A stretch of 49,699 bases of DNA, from positions 1 to 49,699 of the forward strand of contig CAUZJQ010000003.1 of NCBI GenBank assembly GCA_963580095.1, written 5' to 3'. Below, one piece after another: positions 38,228-47,308 of the stretch. The stretch comes from Lentisphaeria bacterium. Lineage in GTDB: Bacteria > Verrucomicrobiota > Lentisphaeria > JABSQK01 > CAJWLW01. The notes under the pieces are model-generated. The model saw only the letters and a program-made list of their open reading frames with translations, was not told where the DNA came from and searched no databases. Every line of letters begins with the position of its first letter. The first letter of the stretch is position 1. A program made the translations under genes and the position numbers.

Positions 38228-39883
38228 ATGTCCAGGCGGAAAAGCCGAAGATCGAAGTTGCCCGTGTTCGTCACTGCGGGGCTCGTGACCGCAGCGCTGG
38301 TCGGTTGGCTGATTCTGAGACAATCGGCTGGGGATGCCCTTCCACCGCCGGAGCGCAGGGGACAGCAGGCAGATTCCGGGACGCCGTCCAGAAAAAGCAT
38401 CACCGAAAACGACATACGCCGTTTTTGTTCGACTTGTCATGTTTTTGCGGAGCCGTCGGTGATGCCGAAAATCGTGTGGCCTGCCGTGGTCGACCGGATG
38501 TATCGGTTTGTCGGCTTGCAGTTGCCTGAGCTCGCGCGCTCAGGTGTCATGCCCGACCGCCGTGCTGTCGAAGCCTGGTTTGTCAGATTGGCGCCCGAGG
38601 AACTTCCGCGGCCGGAGATCAAGCCTGAGGGACCGCCGTCTAATGTTCGTTTTGCGCGCCACGATTTTGGCGGTAAGTCATCCATGCATGGTGTCTCGCA
38701 AACTACTTTCATCCGCTACTCTGGACAGTTGCCCGATGTCCTGGTCGCCGATTTGCGGGCCGGAAATATAAGTGTGTTCCAGGTCGCAGGCCCGGCGCCT
38801 GGGCGGGAGGTCCTGGCGAACATCAGTGCCCCGGCGCACGTCGAGCCTGTCGACCTGGATAGGGATGGTCACCGGGATTTCGTCGTTGCCAACCTCGGCA
38901 GGTTCGAGCCGTCGAATGAGCGGATCGGTCAGGTTGTGTGGCTGCGGTACGTCCCGGAGACAGCCGTTTACGAACCAATTATACTGGCACAGGACCTCGG
39001 GCGTGTCGCCGACCTCCGGGCAGCGGATATGGATGGCGACGGAGACGTCGATCTGGTCGTTGCAGTGTTTGGCTGGACCGAGGCGGGAGAACTGCTGTAT
39101 TTTGAAAACCGGACCGTGGATTTTTCCCGGCCGGAGTTCAGGCGACGGAAGCTTGATCGGCGCACCGGCGCAATGCGTTTGCAGCTCACCGATCTCAACG
39201 GCGACGGGCTGACGGATATCATTGCATTGTTCAGCCAGGCTTATGAAGATGTGGTCGCTTTCCTGAACGAAGGCGATGGAAATTTCAGCGGCACACTGGT
39301 GTATGAGGCGCGCAATCCCGACTTCGGATTCAGCGGTATGCAGGTCGCCGATATCGATGGCGACGGAGACATCGACATCCTGGTGACCAACGGCGACTCG
39401 ACCGACATCGAGCTGCTTAAGCCGCAACACGGCGTGCGGCTGCTTGAGAACCGTGGCAGTTTCCCGTTTGAAGCGCACGTCCTGACGGCGTTCCCCGGCG
39501 CCTATGGCGTTGCCGCGGCGGATCTCGACAACGACGGTGACCAGGACATCGTCGCGGTTGCCTGGCTCCCGGTCAGTAACGAGGGGCCAAGCGCGCGTCG
39601 GGACACGCCGCACTTCGACCTCTACAATGCCAGGGACCTGCTCCGGCTCAGTTCGATTATCTGGCTCGAGCAGACGGCGCCGCTGGTTTTCGAGTACCAC
39701 ACGATTGAGAAAATGCACGGCGATCATGTGACGGTCGATATTGCAGATTATGACGGCGACGGTGATCTGGACCTGGTTACCGGCAATCTTTCGCTGGATG
39801 GGATGCAGGCACCACCCCAACTCCCGGCGCGGCCCGGTGAGATTACGATATGGGAAAACACGCTGATCCAGCAACAGGAATGA
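38228..39883 (+). CDS. Membrane-anchored FG-GAP/VCBS repeat protein with an N-terminal c-type heme motif
   Basis: N-terminal TM segment, FCSTCH (CxxCH)..P..MPK..W...V..M, and repeats DLDRDGHRD, DMDGDGDVD, DLNGDGLTD, DIDGDGDID, DLDNDGDQD and DYDGDGDLD. Confidence 0.85.
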   Translation: MSRRKSRRSKLPVFVTAGLVTAALVGWLILRQSAGDALPPPERRGQQADSGTPSRKSITENDIRRFCSTCHVFAEPSVMPKIVWPAVVDRMYRFVGLQLPELARSGVMPDRRAVEAWFVRLAPEELPRPEIKPEGPPSNVRFARHDFGGKSSMHGVSQTTFIRYSGQLPDVLVADLRAGNISVFQVAGPAPGREVLANISAPAHVEPVDLDRDGHRDFVVANLGRFEPSNERIGQVVWLRYVPETAVYEPIILAQDLGRVADLRAADMDGDGDVDLVVAVFGWTEAGELLYFENRTVDFSRPEFRRRKLDRRTGAMRLQLTDLNGDGLTDIIALFSQAYEDVVAFLNEGDGNFSGTLVYEARNPDFGFSGMQVADIDGDGDIDILVTNGDSTDIELLKPQHGVRLLENRGSFPFEAHVLTAFPGAYGVAAADLDNDGDQDIVAVAWLPVSNEGPSARRDTPHFDLYNARDLLRLSSIIWLEQTAPLVFEYHTIEKMHGDHVTVDIADYDGDGDLDLVTGNLSLDGMQAPPQLPARPGEITIWENTLIQQQE

Positions 39884-40012
39884 CGGAATGCACCAACTTG
39901 TTGTGCATTGAATGATCTGCCGCCCAGTCGCCGATGCCAAACTTGATTCTGTCCGCACGTGCCAATGGTGAACTCCGAGATCGCCGCCGAGGTGATGGCA
40001 ACTGGTGCGCGA

Positions 40013-41053
40013 CTAAAACTGACTGTCGCGCACTTCGTCTTCCGATAGTCTGCTACGAATCAGCTGGATGTCATCGACCGTGACGGATTGGTTTTCCGGA
40101 AGTGGGTTCTTCCCGGCCTGCTTTCCGAGCGTCGCAACGCTTTTGAGGTTGTTCAAGATCTTTGATCCCTCCACCGCCGTTGCTTCACCGTAGTAGTCGA
40201 ACCACGGCAGATCGCTGTTGGCGTACTCTTTAGAGGTCGGCGGAACGGTGGGGGCGTCTTCGCCGGTGATTTGCCGCCATACCAGCGAGTTGGCGAGGTG
40301 AACAAAGCACCGACTGGCGTTTGCCTGGTCCCAGTCAGAAAAATCAAACGGGTCATCATAGATTTCTTGTTTCATTCTGCCGCCGGGCGCGAGTCCCATG
40401 TCCGGAGTTGCGTCACAAGAGTAAACGTTCTGCATGGGTGAGTGAAGCAACATTGACTCGTCGCGAAGCTCCTGGTGCTGGATCTTGGGAAAGCGTTGCT
40501 CGAACACTTCTCGCTTCATGGGATACACAATGATCTGAAGACCCCCGTGCTCCCCTTCGCCGGTGATTTGCTCTTCGGCTGAGTAACCATCGCCGAGCGG
40601 CATGGCTACGAATTGGCGAATTAGCCCCCGTTCAACGCAATAGCCATCCAACCACGGTTGTTCAGGGACGACTACATAGTCCTGAGGCGCTTTTTTGAGT
40701 TTGTTCTTATATTGTTTGCCGGTTACGGCATTGATTTTTCCGGCGGCAATTTTCATTGCAAATGGATAGCAGGTTTCCCGGTCAGAAATATAGCTGCCAG
40801 AGAAATTGATCCACATTGCTTCTGATTGATACATCGGCAGCATTATGCCCCCGCGTTTCAGCCAGTTTGTCGGCACTGTCTGGACGTGATCGTCGATGTG
40901 CTGGCAGGGAAAAGCGCCCAACCCAGCCGGCAACGGATAGGTTTTACCGTCGTCGGGGATCCGTAGGGTTCGCTGGAATTCCACCGACATGCTGGCGTCG
41001 GGATGAACTTCGGGAAATGAAATGTGCAGACTGTCTTCTCTTAACTCGATCAT
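40013..41053 (-). CDS. Conserved hypothetical protein
   Basis: A 346-aa ORF with a strong AAGGAGG RBS and conserved-looking motifs FQRTLRIPDD, PMYQSEAMWINF, QDYVVVPEQPWLDG, IRQFVAMPLG.GYSAEEQITG and MGLAPGGRMKQEIY.D. Confidence 0.8.
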   Translation of the reverse strand: MIELREDSLHISFPEVHPDASMSVEFQRTLRIPDDGKTYPLPAGLGAFPCQHIDDHVQTVPTNWLKRGGIMLPMYQSEAMWINFSGSYISDRETCYPFAMKIAAGKINAVTGKQYKNKLKKAPQDYVVVPEQPWLDGYCVERGLIRQFVAMPLGDGYSAEEQITGEGEHGGLQIIVYPMKREVFEQRFPKIQHQELRDESMLLHSPMQNVYSCDATPDMGLAPGGRMKQEIYDDPFDFSDWDQANASRCFVHLANSLVWRQITGEDAPTVPPTSKEYANSDLPWFDYYGEATAVEGSKILNNLKSVATLGKQAGKNPLPENQSVTVDDIQLIRSRLSEDEVRDSQF

Positions 41054-41069
41054 AACTCTTCCTCCTTAG

Positions 41070-41420
41070 TTACCAGTCACCATCGCGAACCTCGCGCACG
41101 AGACGAAGCACCGCGTGGTCCGGCATGTCCTGCAATTCTCGAATCATTTCCGCGAAAAGTTGAGGACGTTTAATTATTGTGTGGCGTAGATCTTCACTCA
41201 CCTTGCCGGCCATCGCGAGGAGCACATCGACATCCTCATCGAGCTCTTCAGCAAGACGACGAATTTTCTGCTCTGATGGCGGTGGTTGCTCATCTCTTTC
41301 CACTTTGCTGAGGTAGGAAGGCTCGACGCCAATCCGTGCCGCCACCTGGCGAACGGAATAGCTGCGATCCGATTTCAAGCGAGCCTCTCGGCTCAAACGA
41401 ACATGGCTACCAAAACTCAT
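41070..41420 (-). CDS. XRE-family helix-turn-helix regulator
   Basis: SVRQVAARIGVEPSYLSKVERDEQPPPSE..IRRLAEEL...DVLLAMAGKV. Confidence 0.9.
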   Translation of the reverse strand: MSFGSHVRLSREARLKSDRSYSVRQVAARIGVEPSYLSKVERDEQPPPSEQKIRRLAEELDEDVDVLLAMAGKVSEDLRHTIIKRPQLFAEMIRELQDMPDHAVLRLVREVRDGDW

Positions 41421-41455
41421 AATGTGTACTGTATACTATATACTACACATTGCAA
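41421..41455 (-). promoter_or_regulatory. Inverted-repeat operator overlapping a probable leaderless promoter of the XRE gene
   Basis: AATGTGTA-15 nt-TACACATT abuts the ATG. The minus strand reads TTGCAA-16 nt-TACAGT, ending 7 nt before the ATG. Confidence 0.55.
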
Positions 41456-41590
41456 GCGGTTGGATGAAAAAATGTGGCAGCGTATAGTACGCTCTATTGA
41501 AGCAGGGCGACGCCCTCCGCATTAGTACGCCGTCTACGTCTCCAGCATGCCACGGCGACTTCGCGCTCGAGATCCACTGAGTCATCCCAT

Positions 41591-42394
41591 ATGCCACAAT
41601 TCGAGCCTGACAAGATTCTGACCTACAAGACTGTGGCCAGCGACGAGTTTGGTCCGGCCGAGCTCAAGCTCCATGTTTTTATGCCCGGGTCGCAGAGCCC
41701 GACGGAAAAGCGTCCGGCGATCGTGTTCTTTTTCGGAGGTGGCTGGAATGACGGAACGCCGACTCAGTACTACCCGCAGGCCGAATACTTTGCTGGCCGC
41801 GGTATGGTAGGCATATCTGCGGAGTATCGCGTCACGGTCCGGCACGGCAGTTCAACCCGGGAAAGCGTGAAAGACGCCAAGTCCGTGATCAGATGGTTGC
41901 GACATCACGCCGACGACTTTTGCATCGATCCCGAAAGGATAGTGGCTGCCGGTGGATCGGCCGGTGGGCATATTGCCGCTGCCGCTGCAACCGTAAAATG
42001 CTTTGAGGAAGAAGGTGAGGACAGGAGTGTCAGTTGCCGGCCGGATGCGCTGGTACTGTTCAACCCGGTATTCGACAATGGGCCCGGCGGATACGGTCAT
42101 GAACGGATGATGGAATATTGGCAGGACATTTCACCGATGCACAATATTGATAATGCTACGCCACCAACCATCGTCTTCCTCGGAACGGAAGACGACCTGA
42201 TTCCCACGACAACCGCTGAAAAATACAAGCAACTGATGAACGATCAGGGTTGCCGCTGCGATCTACATCTCTACGATGGGGTCGGGCACGGCTTTTTTAA
42301 TTTTGAACATTATGAGAACTACAAAGCGAGTGTCATTGAGACGGATCGGTTCCTCGCCTCACTTGGATTCCTGGACGGTGAGCCTGCCTTGTGA
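41591..42394 (+). CDS. Alpha/beta hydrolase (acetylesterase/BD-FAE-like)
   Basis: Motifs FFGGGW, GGSAGGH, GTEDDL and GHGFFN. Confidence 0.9.
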   Translation: MPQFEPDKILTYKTVASDEFGPAELKLHVFMPGSQSPTEKRPAIVFFFGGGWNDGTPTQYYPQAEYFAGRGMVGISAEYRVTVRHGSSTRESVKDAKSVIRWLRHHADDFCIDPERIVAAGGSAGGHIAAAAATVKCFEEEGEDRSVSCRPDALVLFNPVFDNGPGGYGHERMMEYWQDISPMHNIDNATPPTIVFLGTEDDLIPTTTAEKYKQLMNDQGCRCDLHLYDGVGHGFFNFEHYENYKASVIETDRFLASLGFLDGEPAL

Positions 42395-42555
42395 CTTTTG
42401 GGCATTTTCGTGACGCACTGAGTGGGTTTCGTTCGGATTGGCCGACAAGTTGTGCGTTCAAAAACTGTTGCCTGACGACGTTGTGCTCTATCTGATTTTG
42501 AAGTAAACAGCCGCTCCATGGATGAAATTCAACAACCCAAGAAGGGGACTCTCAG

Positions 42556-45057
42556 ATGTTGACAGTAAACGTATATGTGGGAATCCGCTCGATCGCTTTA
42601 CTTAAAATCGCCGTCGTTGCAGGGGGCCTGTTGTTGCCGGGGTTCGCACAGGCTGGTGCGTTTGAGGATAAGACAAAGTCGTTCACCGGCGTGGATGACA
42701 TCGGCGATACCAAGGCGGCTTTCGGCGATTTTAACAATGACGGACACGTCGATCTGATTACATACGACATGCTCTTTGTGAACCTCGAAGGCAAGGCCTA
42801 CAAGAAAATCGGCAGCGGCGCCGGCTTGGTTATGTGGGGTGACTTAAACAACGACGGCCACCTCGATCAGGTACGGGCCAATGGCAGCGGCGTCGTGATG
42901 CTCGGTGATGGCGAGGGCGGTTACACGCGCGGCTTGGGTCCGCCCGGGCCGTTCGGCGGAGAATGTAATGCCGCGAGCCTCGGCGACATCGACAACGACG
43001 GTCTGCTCGACATTTATTACTGCGCCGGTGTCGGCAATAAGGACACCTTATGGCGGCAGAATCCGAATCACGAAAATAAATGGGAGCTTGTCCTGGAGGC
43101 GGGCGGCGCCTACGCCCGCAGCGTCGTCGGCTGTGATTTTGACGAAGATAACGACATCGACTTCTACGTGTCCAACTACTGGCTGGCTGCCAATTCCCTG
43201 TGGGTCAGCGACGGCAAAGGTGGGGCAACAAACCAGGCTGGCCCCTTTGGTGCAACCGGCGGCAGCGCCCACTCGGTCGGTGCCTGCTGGGGCGATGTCG
43301 ACAACGACGGCTACTTCGATATTTTCGCCGGAAACTTCGCGCACCCCGGCCAGCCGCAGTCGCGTTTCCTGCACAATCTCGGTCCCGAGAAAGGGTATAA
43401 ATTCGCGGACAAAGGCCAGTGCGGCGTGGCCTTCCAGGAATCCTACGCCTCACCGACGCTCGGAGACTATGACAACGACGGCGACCTCGACCTGTTCTTT
43501 ACGACGGTTTACGGGCATAACGCGGCGCGGCTCTATCGGAATAACGGTGATTGGACGTTCACCGATGTCACGGGCGTTGAAGGGATTCCGCGCATCGGCT
43601 CAACATACCAGGCCGCCTGGGGCGATGTCGACAGTGACGGGGACCTGGACCTGGTGACGGATGGTAAGCTCTTCATGAACAAGGGGAACGACAACCACTG
43701 GCTGAAGATCCGCTTGGAGGGCAACGGCATGACCGTCAACAGATCCGCGATCGGCGCCAGAGTCCACATCAAGCTCGGCGACAAGATTCTCTCCCGCCAA
43801 GTTGAGGGCGGCGGGGTGGGGCAAGGCAATCAGAATGATCCCACCCTCCACTTCGGCCTCGGTGCGCATGGAGGCAAGGTGCAGTACGAGGTCGTTTGGA
43901 CCGACGGCACGAAACAGATCGGCGAAAGCGAGGTCGACAAAATGATCCGTGTCGCGCAGTCCGGCAGCGGCGAGGTGGTGATTGCAAACCTGCGTACCAG
44001 TCTGGGCCGCGCCCGCGACGAGACCCGATTGTTGCGCACCGAGCTCGGCGCATTGCGCGAGTCCGTGCAGTCCCTGTCCGATGCGCAGAAGGTGCGGGAG
44101 AACGATCTGGTGGATGTCAGGAAGGCGGTTGCGGCATCCCTGGCGGAGCAGACGAAGGGACAGCAGAGCGCTGCAGTCGACCAACTGGCGGCTATCAAAA
44201 AGGAGATCGCCGCATCCCTGGCGGAGCAGGCGAAGAGGCAGAGCGCTGCAGGCGAACAGCTGGCGGCTGTCAAGAAGGAGATCGAGGCATCCCTGGCGCA
44301 GCACACAAAGAACCAGAGCGCTGCACGCGACCAGGTGAATGGCCGTATGGACGAGATCGAAGCGTTTTTGGTCAAGCCTTGGAAGACGTTTCCCGGGATC
44401 CTGGAGGATAGGCTCGTGGAAGGGTACACGCTCCCCTGGGAAGGCGACGCGCATCACCCCCTGACTGCACACGCAGGCAACATTTTTACGCTCGAAAAGG
44501 GGCGCGGAATCCGCCTGTCGGGAGGGGCGTATCTCTCCACCGGTGAAGCATGCACCGCACTCAGTACCGCACTCTCTAAAGCGGGAGACCTCACCCTGGA
44601 AGTCGTGATGCGACCAGCGAATCTCACCCAGGCCGGTCCGGCGCGAATTGTCTCGATCTCCGAGGGGGCAGGCACTCGCAACCTCACGCTGGGCCAGGCA
44701 GAGGACCGTTTTGTGGTCCGCCTTCGGACCACCGAGACGAGCATCAACGGGACCAATCCCGCGCTCCATACACAGGCGGGTGTGCTGACTGGCGAGCGGC
44801 AGCATCTCGTTTTCGTTCGGAAAGCAGAGACGCACACGCTCTATGTCGACGGGACCCCCGTCACGTCACTCGCCGTGCCCGGTGATCTGAGCACGTGGGA
44901 CCACACCATGCCGCTCCTGGTGGGCAACGAGACGGGAGGCGATCGGACCTGGGAGGGAGAGGTCTATGGCGTCACTTTCTTCTCGCGAGCCTTCACCGCC
45001 GAGGAGGTTAGACAAGCAGCGCATGCGCCAGTTGAAGCGCGAGTTAGCACCGAATAG
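42556..45057 (+). CDS. Secreted FG-GAP/CRTAC1 + ASPIC-UnbV + coiled-coil repeat + LamG-like protein
   Basis: Multiple GDxxNDGxxD repeats, NHWLKIRLEG...NRSAIGARV...LHFGLG, tandem ASLAEQ repeats, and a C-terminal PARIVSIS...LTLGQ...LYVDG...LLVGNE...W.G domain. Confidence 0.87.
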   Translation: MLTVNVYVGIRSIALLKIAVVAGGLLLPGFAQAGAFEDKTKSFTGVDDIGDTKAAFGDFNNDGHVDLITYDMLFVNLEGKAYKKIGSGAGLVMWGDLNNDGHLDQVRANGSGVVMLGDGEGGYTRGLGPPGPFGGECNAASLGDIDNDGLLDIYYCAGVGNKDTLWRQNPNHENKWELVLEAGGAYARSVVGCDFDEDNDIDFYVSNYWLAANSLWVSDGKGGATNQAGPFGATGGSAHSVGACWGDVDNDGYFDIFAGNFAHPGQPQSRFLHNLGPEKGYKFADKGQCGVAFQESYASPTLGDYDNDGDLDLFFTTVYGHNAARLYRNNGDWTFTDVTGVEGIPRIGSTYQAAWGDVDSDGDLDLVTDGKLFMNKGNDNHWLKIRLEGNGMTVNRSAIGARVHIKLGDKILSRQVEGGGVGQGNQNDPTLHFGLGAHGGKVQYEVVWTDGTKQIGESEVDKMIRVAQSGSGEVVIANLRTSLGRARDETRLLRTELGALRESVQSLSDAQKVRENDLVDVRKAVAASLAEQTKGQQSAAVDQLAAIKKEIAASLAEQAKRQSAAGEQLAAVKKEIEASLAQHTKNQSAARDQVNGRMDEIEAFLVKPWKTFPGILEDRLVEGYTLPWEGDAHHPLTAHAGNIFTLEKGRGIRLSGGAYLSTGEACTALSTALSKAGDLTLEVVMRPANLTQAGPARIVSISEGAGTRNLTLGQAEDRFVVRLRTTETSINGTNPALHTQAGVLTGERQHLVFVRKAETHTLYVDGTPVTSLAVPGDLSTWDHTMPLLVGNETGGDRTWEGEVYGVTFFSRAFTAEEVRQAAHAPVEARVSTE
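44113..44336 (+). repeat. Three intragenic ~66-69 bp tandem repeats (22-23 aa coiled-coil units)
   Basis: GCATCCCTGGCG and CAGAGCGCTGCA each recur three times, encoding KKEIAASLAEQxKxQSAAxxQ. Confidence 0.8.
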
Positions 45058-45069
45058 CAGCCGTAGAAA

Positions 45070-45113
45070 TCGTCCACCGTCCCGACCTCGAAGAGAGTCG
45101 GGACGGTGGACGA
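45070..45113. terminator. Strong hairpin (17-bp perfect stem) downstream of the 833-aa gene; terminator or REP-like element
   Basis: TCGTCCACCGTCCCGAC-10 nt-GTCGGGACGGTGGACGA, with no U-tract on the + strand. Confidence 0.55.
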
Positions 45114-45147
45114 GAAGAGCGTGACAATACGGATTGAGAATAACGTG

Positions 45148-45200
45148 CCCCAACGAGTCGTGTGACGGCGGATATACCGCCGTCACTCACCCAGCACTTA
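45148..45200 (+). repeat. Degenerate attC-like site
   Basis: CCCCAAC followed by a GTGACGGCGG/CCGCCGTCAC hairpin. The R' GTT core is not recognisable. Confidence 0.35.
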
Positions 45201-45826
45201 TGATGAAGATAATTTCACACGTTTCTTTGATGATTGCGGTGCTCGGGATAAGCAGCGGCTGCGCGAGTGACGCGCGCTTTCGTCGCGATCGGCAGATATT
45301 GCATCTATAGAACTCGATGCAAGCGTTCAGTCGGCCTTTGAGCGCGTGCTTGACACCTCCAATTCCCGAAGAGCCAAACCGGACTGCGACGCGATCGCCA
45401 TTAATGATGGGATGTTGTCGTTGAGCCCGGAACCGTGGCGGGAGTATTGTCGCATGAGAGGAATGGTAATGGAGAACATGATGCGCAACGAAAGTATCCG
45501 ACTTGGCGAGAACGTGATTACGACGCTGCGGTTTGAATCATATTCAGATTCTGCTGTGGATTCTCGTGCAGTCCACCTGCACGGGGCTCTCAAACAGGTG
45601 GTAAGGGAACTGGCTGATGCGAGGATACATCGCGTTTCCGATATCTCGCTGCCGCCTTTGGAACCGGTTACGCAGGATGGCATACGCTAGATGACGGGAT
45701 GCCACGAGACTGTGCGGTCAACTGCAAACCGTTGCCAAAGGCAAGATCGGAGCTCGAATCACCTCCCTGTCAGCCACCAATCTTGCCGCTGTGGGGCGCG
45801 CAGTCCGGTTCGCACTCAACATCTGA
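45200..45826 (+). pseudogene. Frameshifted cassette gene, probably a former lipoprotein
   Basis: The lipoprotein-like signal MMKIISHVSLMIAVLGISSGC stops early. Coding-like sequence continues in other frames (45346..45690, then ...AVRFALNI-stop at 45826 just before an attC). Confidence 0.45.
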
Positions 45827-45835
45827 TCAAGCAGC

Positions 45836-45899
45836 GGCCAACAAGCCCGATCCAGACAATCCTCCCGTACGGGAGGATGGCTGATCGGCGGCGTTAGTT
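45836..45899 (+). repeat. attC site
   Basis: R'' GGCCAAC, inverted arms CCGATC/GATCGG and ATCCTCCC/GGGAGGAT, and R' GTTAGTT. Confidence 0.85.
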
Positions 45900-45914
45900 G
45901 CACAAGGAGCAAGC

Positions 45915-46460
45915 ATGAAAAGAGTGCTAATTCCAATATTTTTGCTAATTCTACTTGCGAGTTTTCAGGCATTCGCAAGCTGGGAACTCTATGAGCAAAC
46001 TAATGTTAAAGGAACTATTAGTGGGAGTATCAAAAAAGGTACTGTCATAGAAATGAAGTCTGGAGGTGTATATCAGGTTCATGATCGAGTCAGGTTTCGT
46101 GTGCGTGAAAGAACGCCGGAAGCAATAGTTTTACGTGATGGAAGGTACTTCAAAATTATTATTGATGGCTTCGATGAACCGTTAGTGTGCGTTCAATTAG
46201 TAGAGCCTGGACGCAAATCTTCTTCAAGCGTCTCTTCTACTTCTAATGTTATCCATAGCTATATCGATGGTGAATTTGAGGGTTGGGAGGGAGAAACAAT
46301 CTTTAAGTTGGATAATGGACAGATTTGGCAACAATCAAGTTACGCATATATGTACCATTATGCCTACCGTCCAGAGATAATGATTTTCAATGATGGTGGC
46401 ACATGGAAAATGAAAGTAGAAGATGTAGATGAAATGATCTATGTTATACGTCTTAAATAA
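45915..46460 (+). CDS. Low-GC gene-cassette protein, secreted, function unknown
   Basis: AAGGAG RBS, signal peptide and markedly AT-rich codons. The cassette is bounded by the complementary cores GTTAGTT and AACTAAC. Confidence 0.85.
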   Translation: MKRVLIPIFLLILLASFQAFASWELYEQTNVKGTISGSIKKGTVIEMKSGGVYQVHDRVRFRVRERTPEAIVLRDGRYFKIIIDGFDEPLVCVQLVEPGRKSSSSVSSTSNVIHSYIDGEFEGWEGETIFKLDNGQIWQQSSYAYMYHYAYRPEIMIFNDGGTWKMKVEDVDEMIYVIRLK

Positions 46461-46463
46461 TGT

Positions 46464-46551
46464 AACTAACAAGGAAAATTCACTCGGACGCCAAAAAGCG
46501 CCGCTCGTTCCTCGCTCTGCTTTTTGCCGCCGGTGATTTACGACGTTCGGC
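46464..46551 (+). repeat. attC site
   Basis: R'' AACTAAC begins 4 nt after the stop. Arms TCACTCGG..CAAAAAGC and GCTTTTTG..CCGGTGA, then R' GTTCGGC. Confidence 0.9.
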
Positions 46552-46569
46552 TCGAAAGGAAAATATGAC

Positions 46570-46917
46570 ATGAGAACAACGGTGGCTAAAGTGTGCGTTA
46601 TTCTGGTCGCAGGGCTCCTGACGACCGCATGTTCAGATAGCACTCGACGTGTATGGGTGACGATGAGTGCTGAGCAGGGCGAAACAGATACGATCGTTGA
46701 GGTTTATATTGACGGAGATATGGTCTGCAACATCGAGAACCTCGCAGAGTTCACGAGTCCGGACAAAGCCCGGCAAGTCGGCTACTTCCCCCTGACCGAC
46801 GGCAAGCACACCATAGAAGTCAAAGCCGACGGATACGAGCCTCTTGAGAAGACATTGCGTATCATCACAGGTGAAGAAGGCGTTCAAAACCTGCACCTGT
46901 ATCTGGAAAGAGAATAA
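46570..46917 (+). CDS. Gene-cassette lipoprotein with PEGA-like beta domain
   Basis: Lipobox LLTTAC and EVYIDG...GKHTIEVKADGYEP. The cassette is bounded by the complementary cores GTTCGGC and GCCGAAC. Confidence 0.8.
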   Translation: MRTTVAKVCVILVAGLLTTACSDSTRRVWVTMSAEQGETDTIVEVYIDGDMVCNIENLAEFTSPDKARQVGYFPLTDGKHTIEVKADGYEPLEKTLRIITGEEGVQNLHLYLERE

Positions 46918-46922
46918 TAGCT

Positions 46923-46989
46923 GCCGAACCATCGGCTGAGGTTACCGGTGCCCCGGTGGGGCCCCGGAACCGCAGCCGTAACGTTATCT
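46923..46989 (+). repeat. attC site
   Basis: R'' GCCGAAC, arms CGGCTG.GGTT.CCGG and CCGGAACC.CAGCCG, and R' GTTATCT. Confidence 0.88.
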
Positions 46990-47234
46990 GGCAGAATTCG
47001 AAACGCGGCTAATCGCCGGCGCCGCGAATTTGCGAACTTCGCAAAGCAACGCAATTCGCTGGACGACCCGAAACGTGCGAAGTAGAACGATCCCCTGCGA
47101 AGGCTCGAATTGGAATACAGAAACGAACGGACACAGAGGACCGTTCTACCGGGTCGGACGTTCTCAACGGAACGAGAATAGTGGATCGAATGCGGAACAC
47201 GCAATCGTAGATTGAAGCTATATTGACAGGACCG

Positions 47235-47308
47235 CGACAACCCGATCGGTGCACGCGAGCGCGGAACGGCGCTAAGCGCCGTCCGCGTCGGTGACCTTTA
47301 AGTTAGCC
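47235..47308 (+). repeat. attC site closing an apparently ORF-less cassette
   Basis: CGACAAC...GCGGAACGGCGC-TAA-GCGCCGTCCGC...GGTGACC...GTTAGCC. Confidence 0.75.

Noticed and set aside
1532-44835. Long antisense ORFs (1532..2617, 6294..7436, 15659..16819, 32192..33475, 38678..39958, 43600..44835)
   Set aside because: Each mirrors a motif-supported gene on the opposite strand, which is typical of GC-rich DNA, and none has recognisable motifs.
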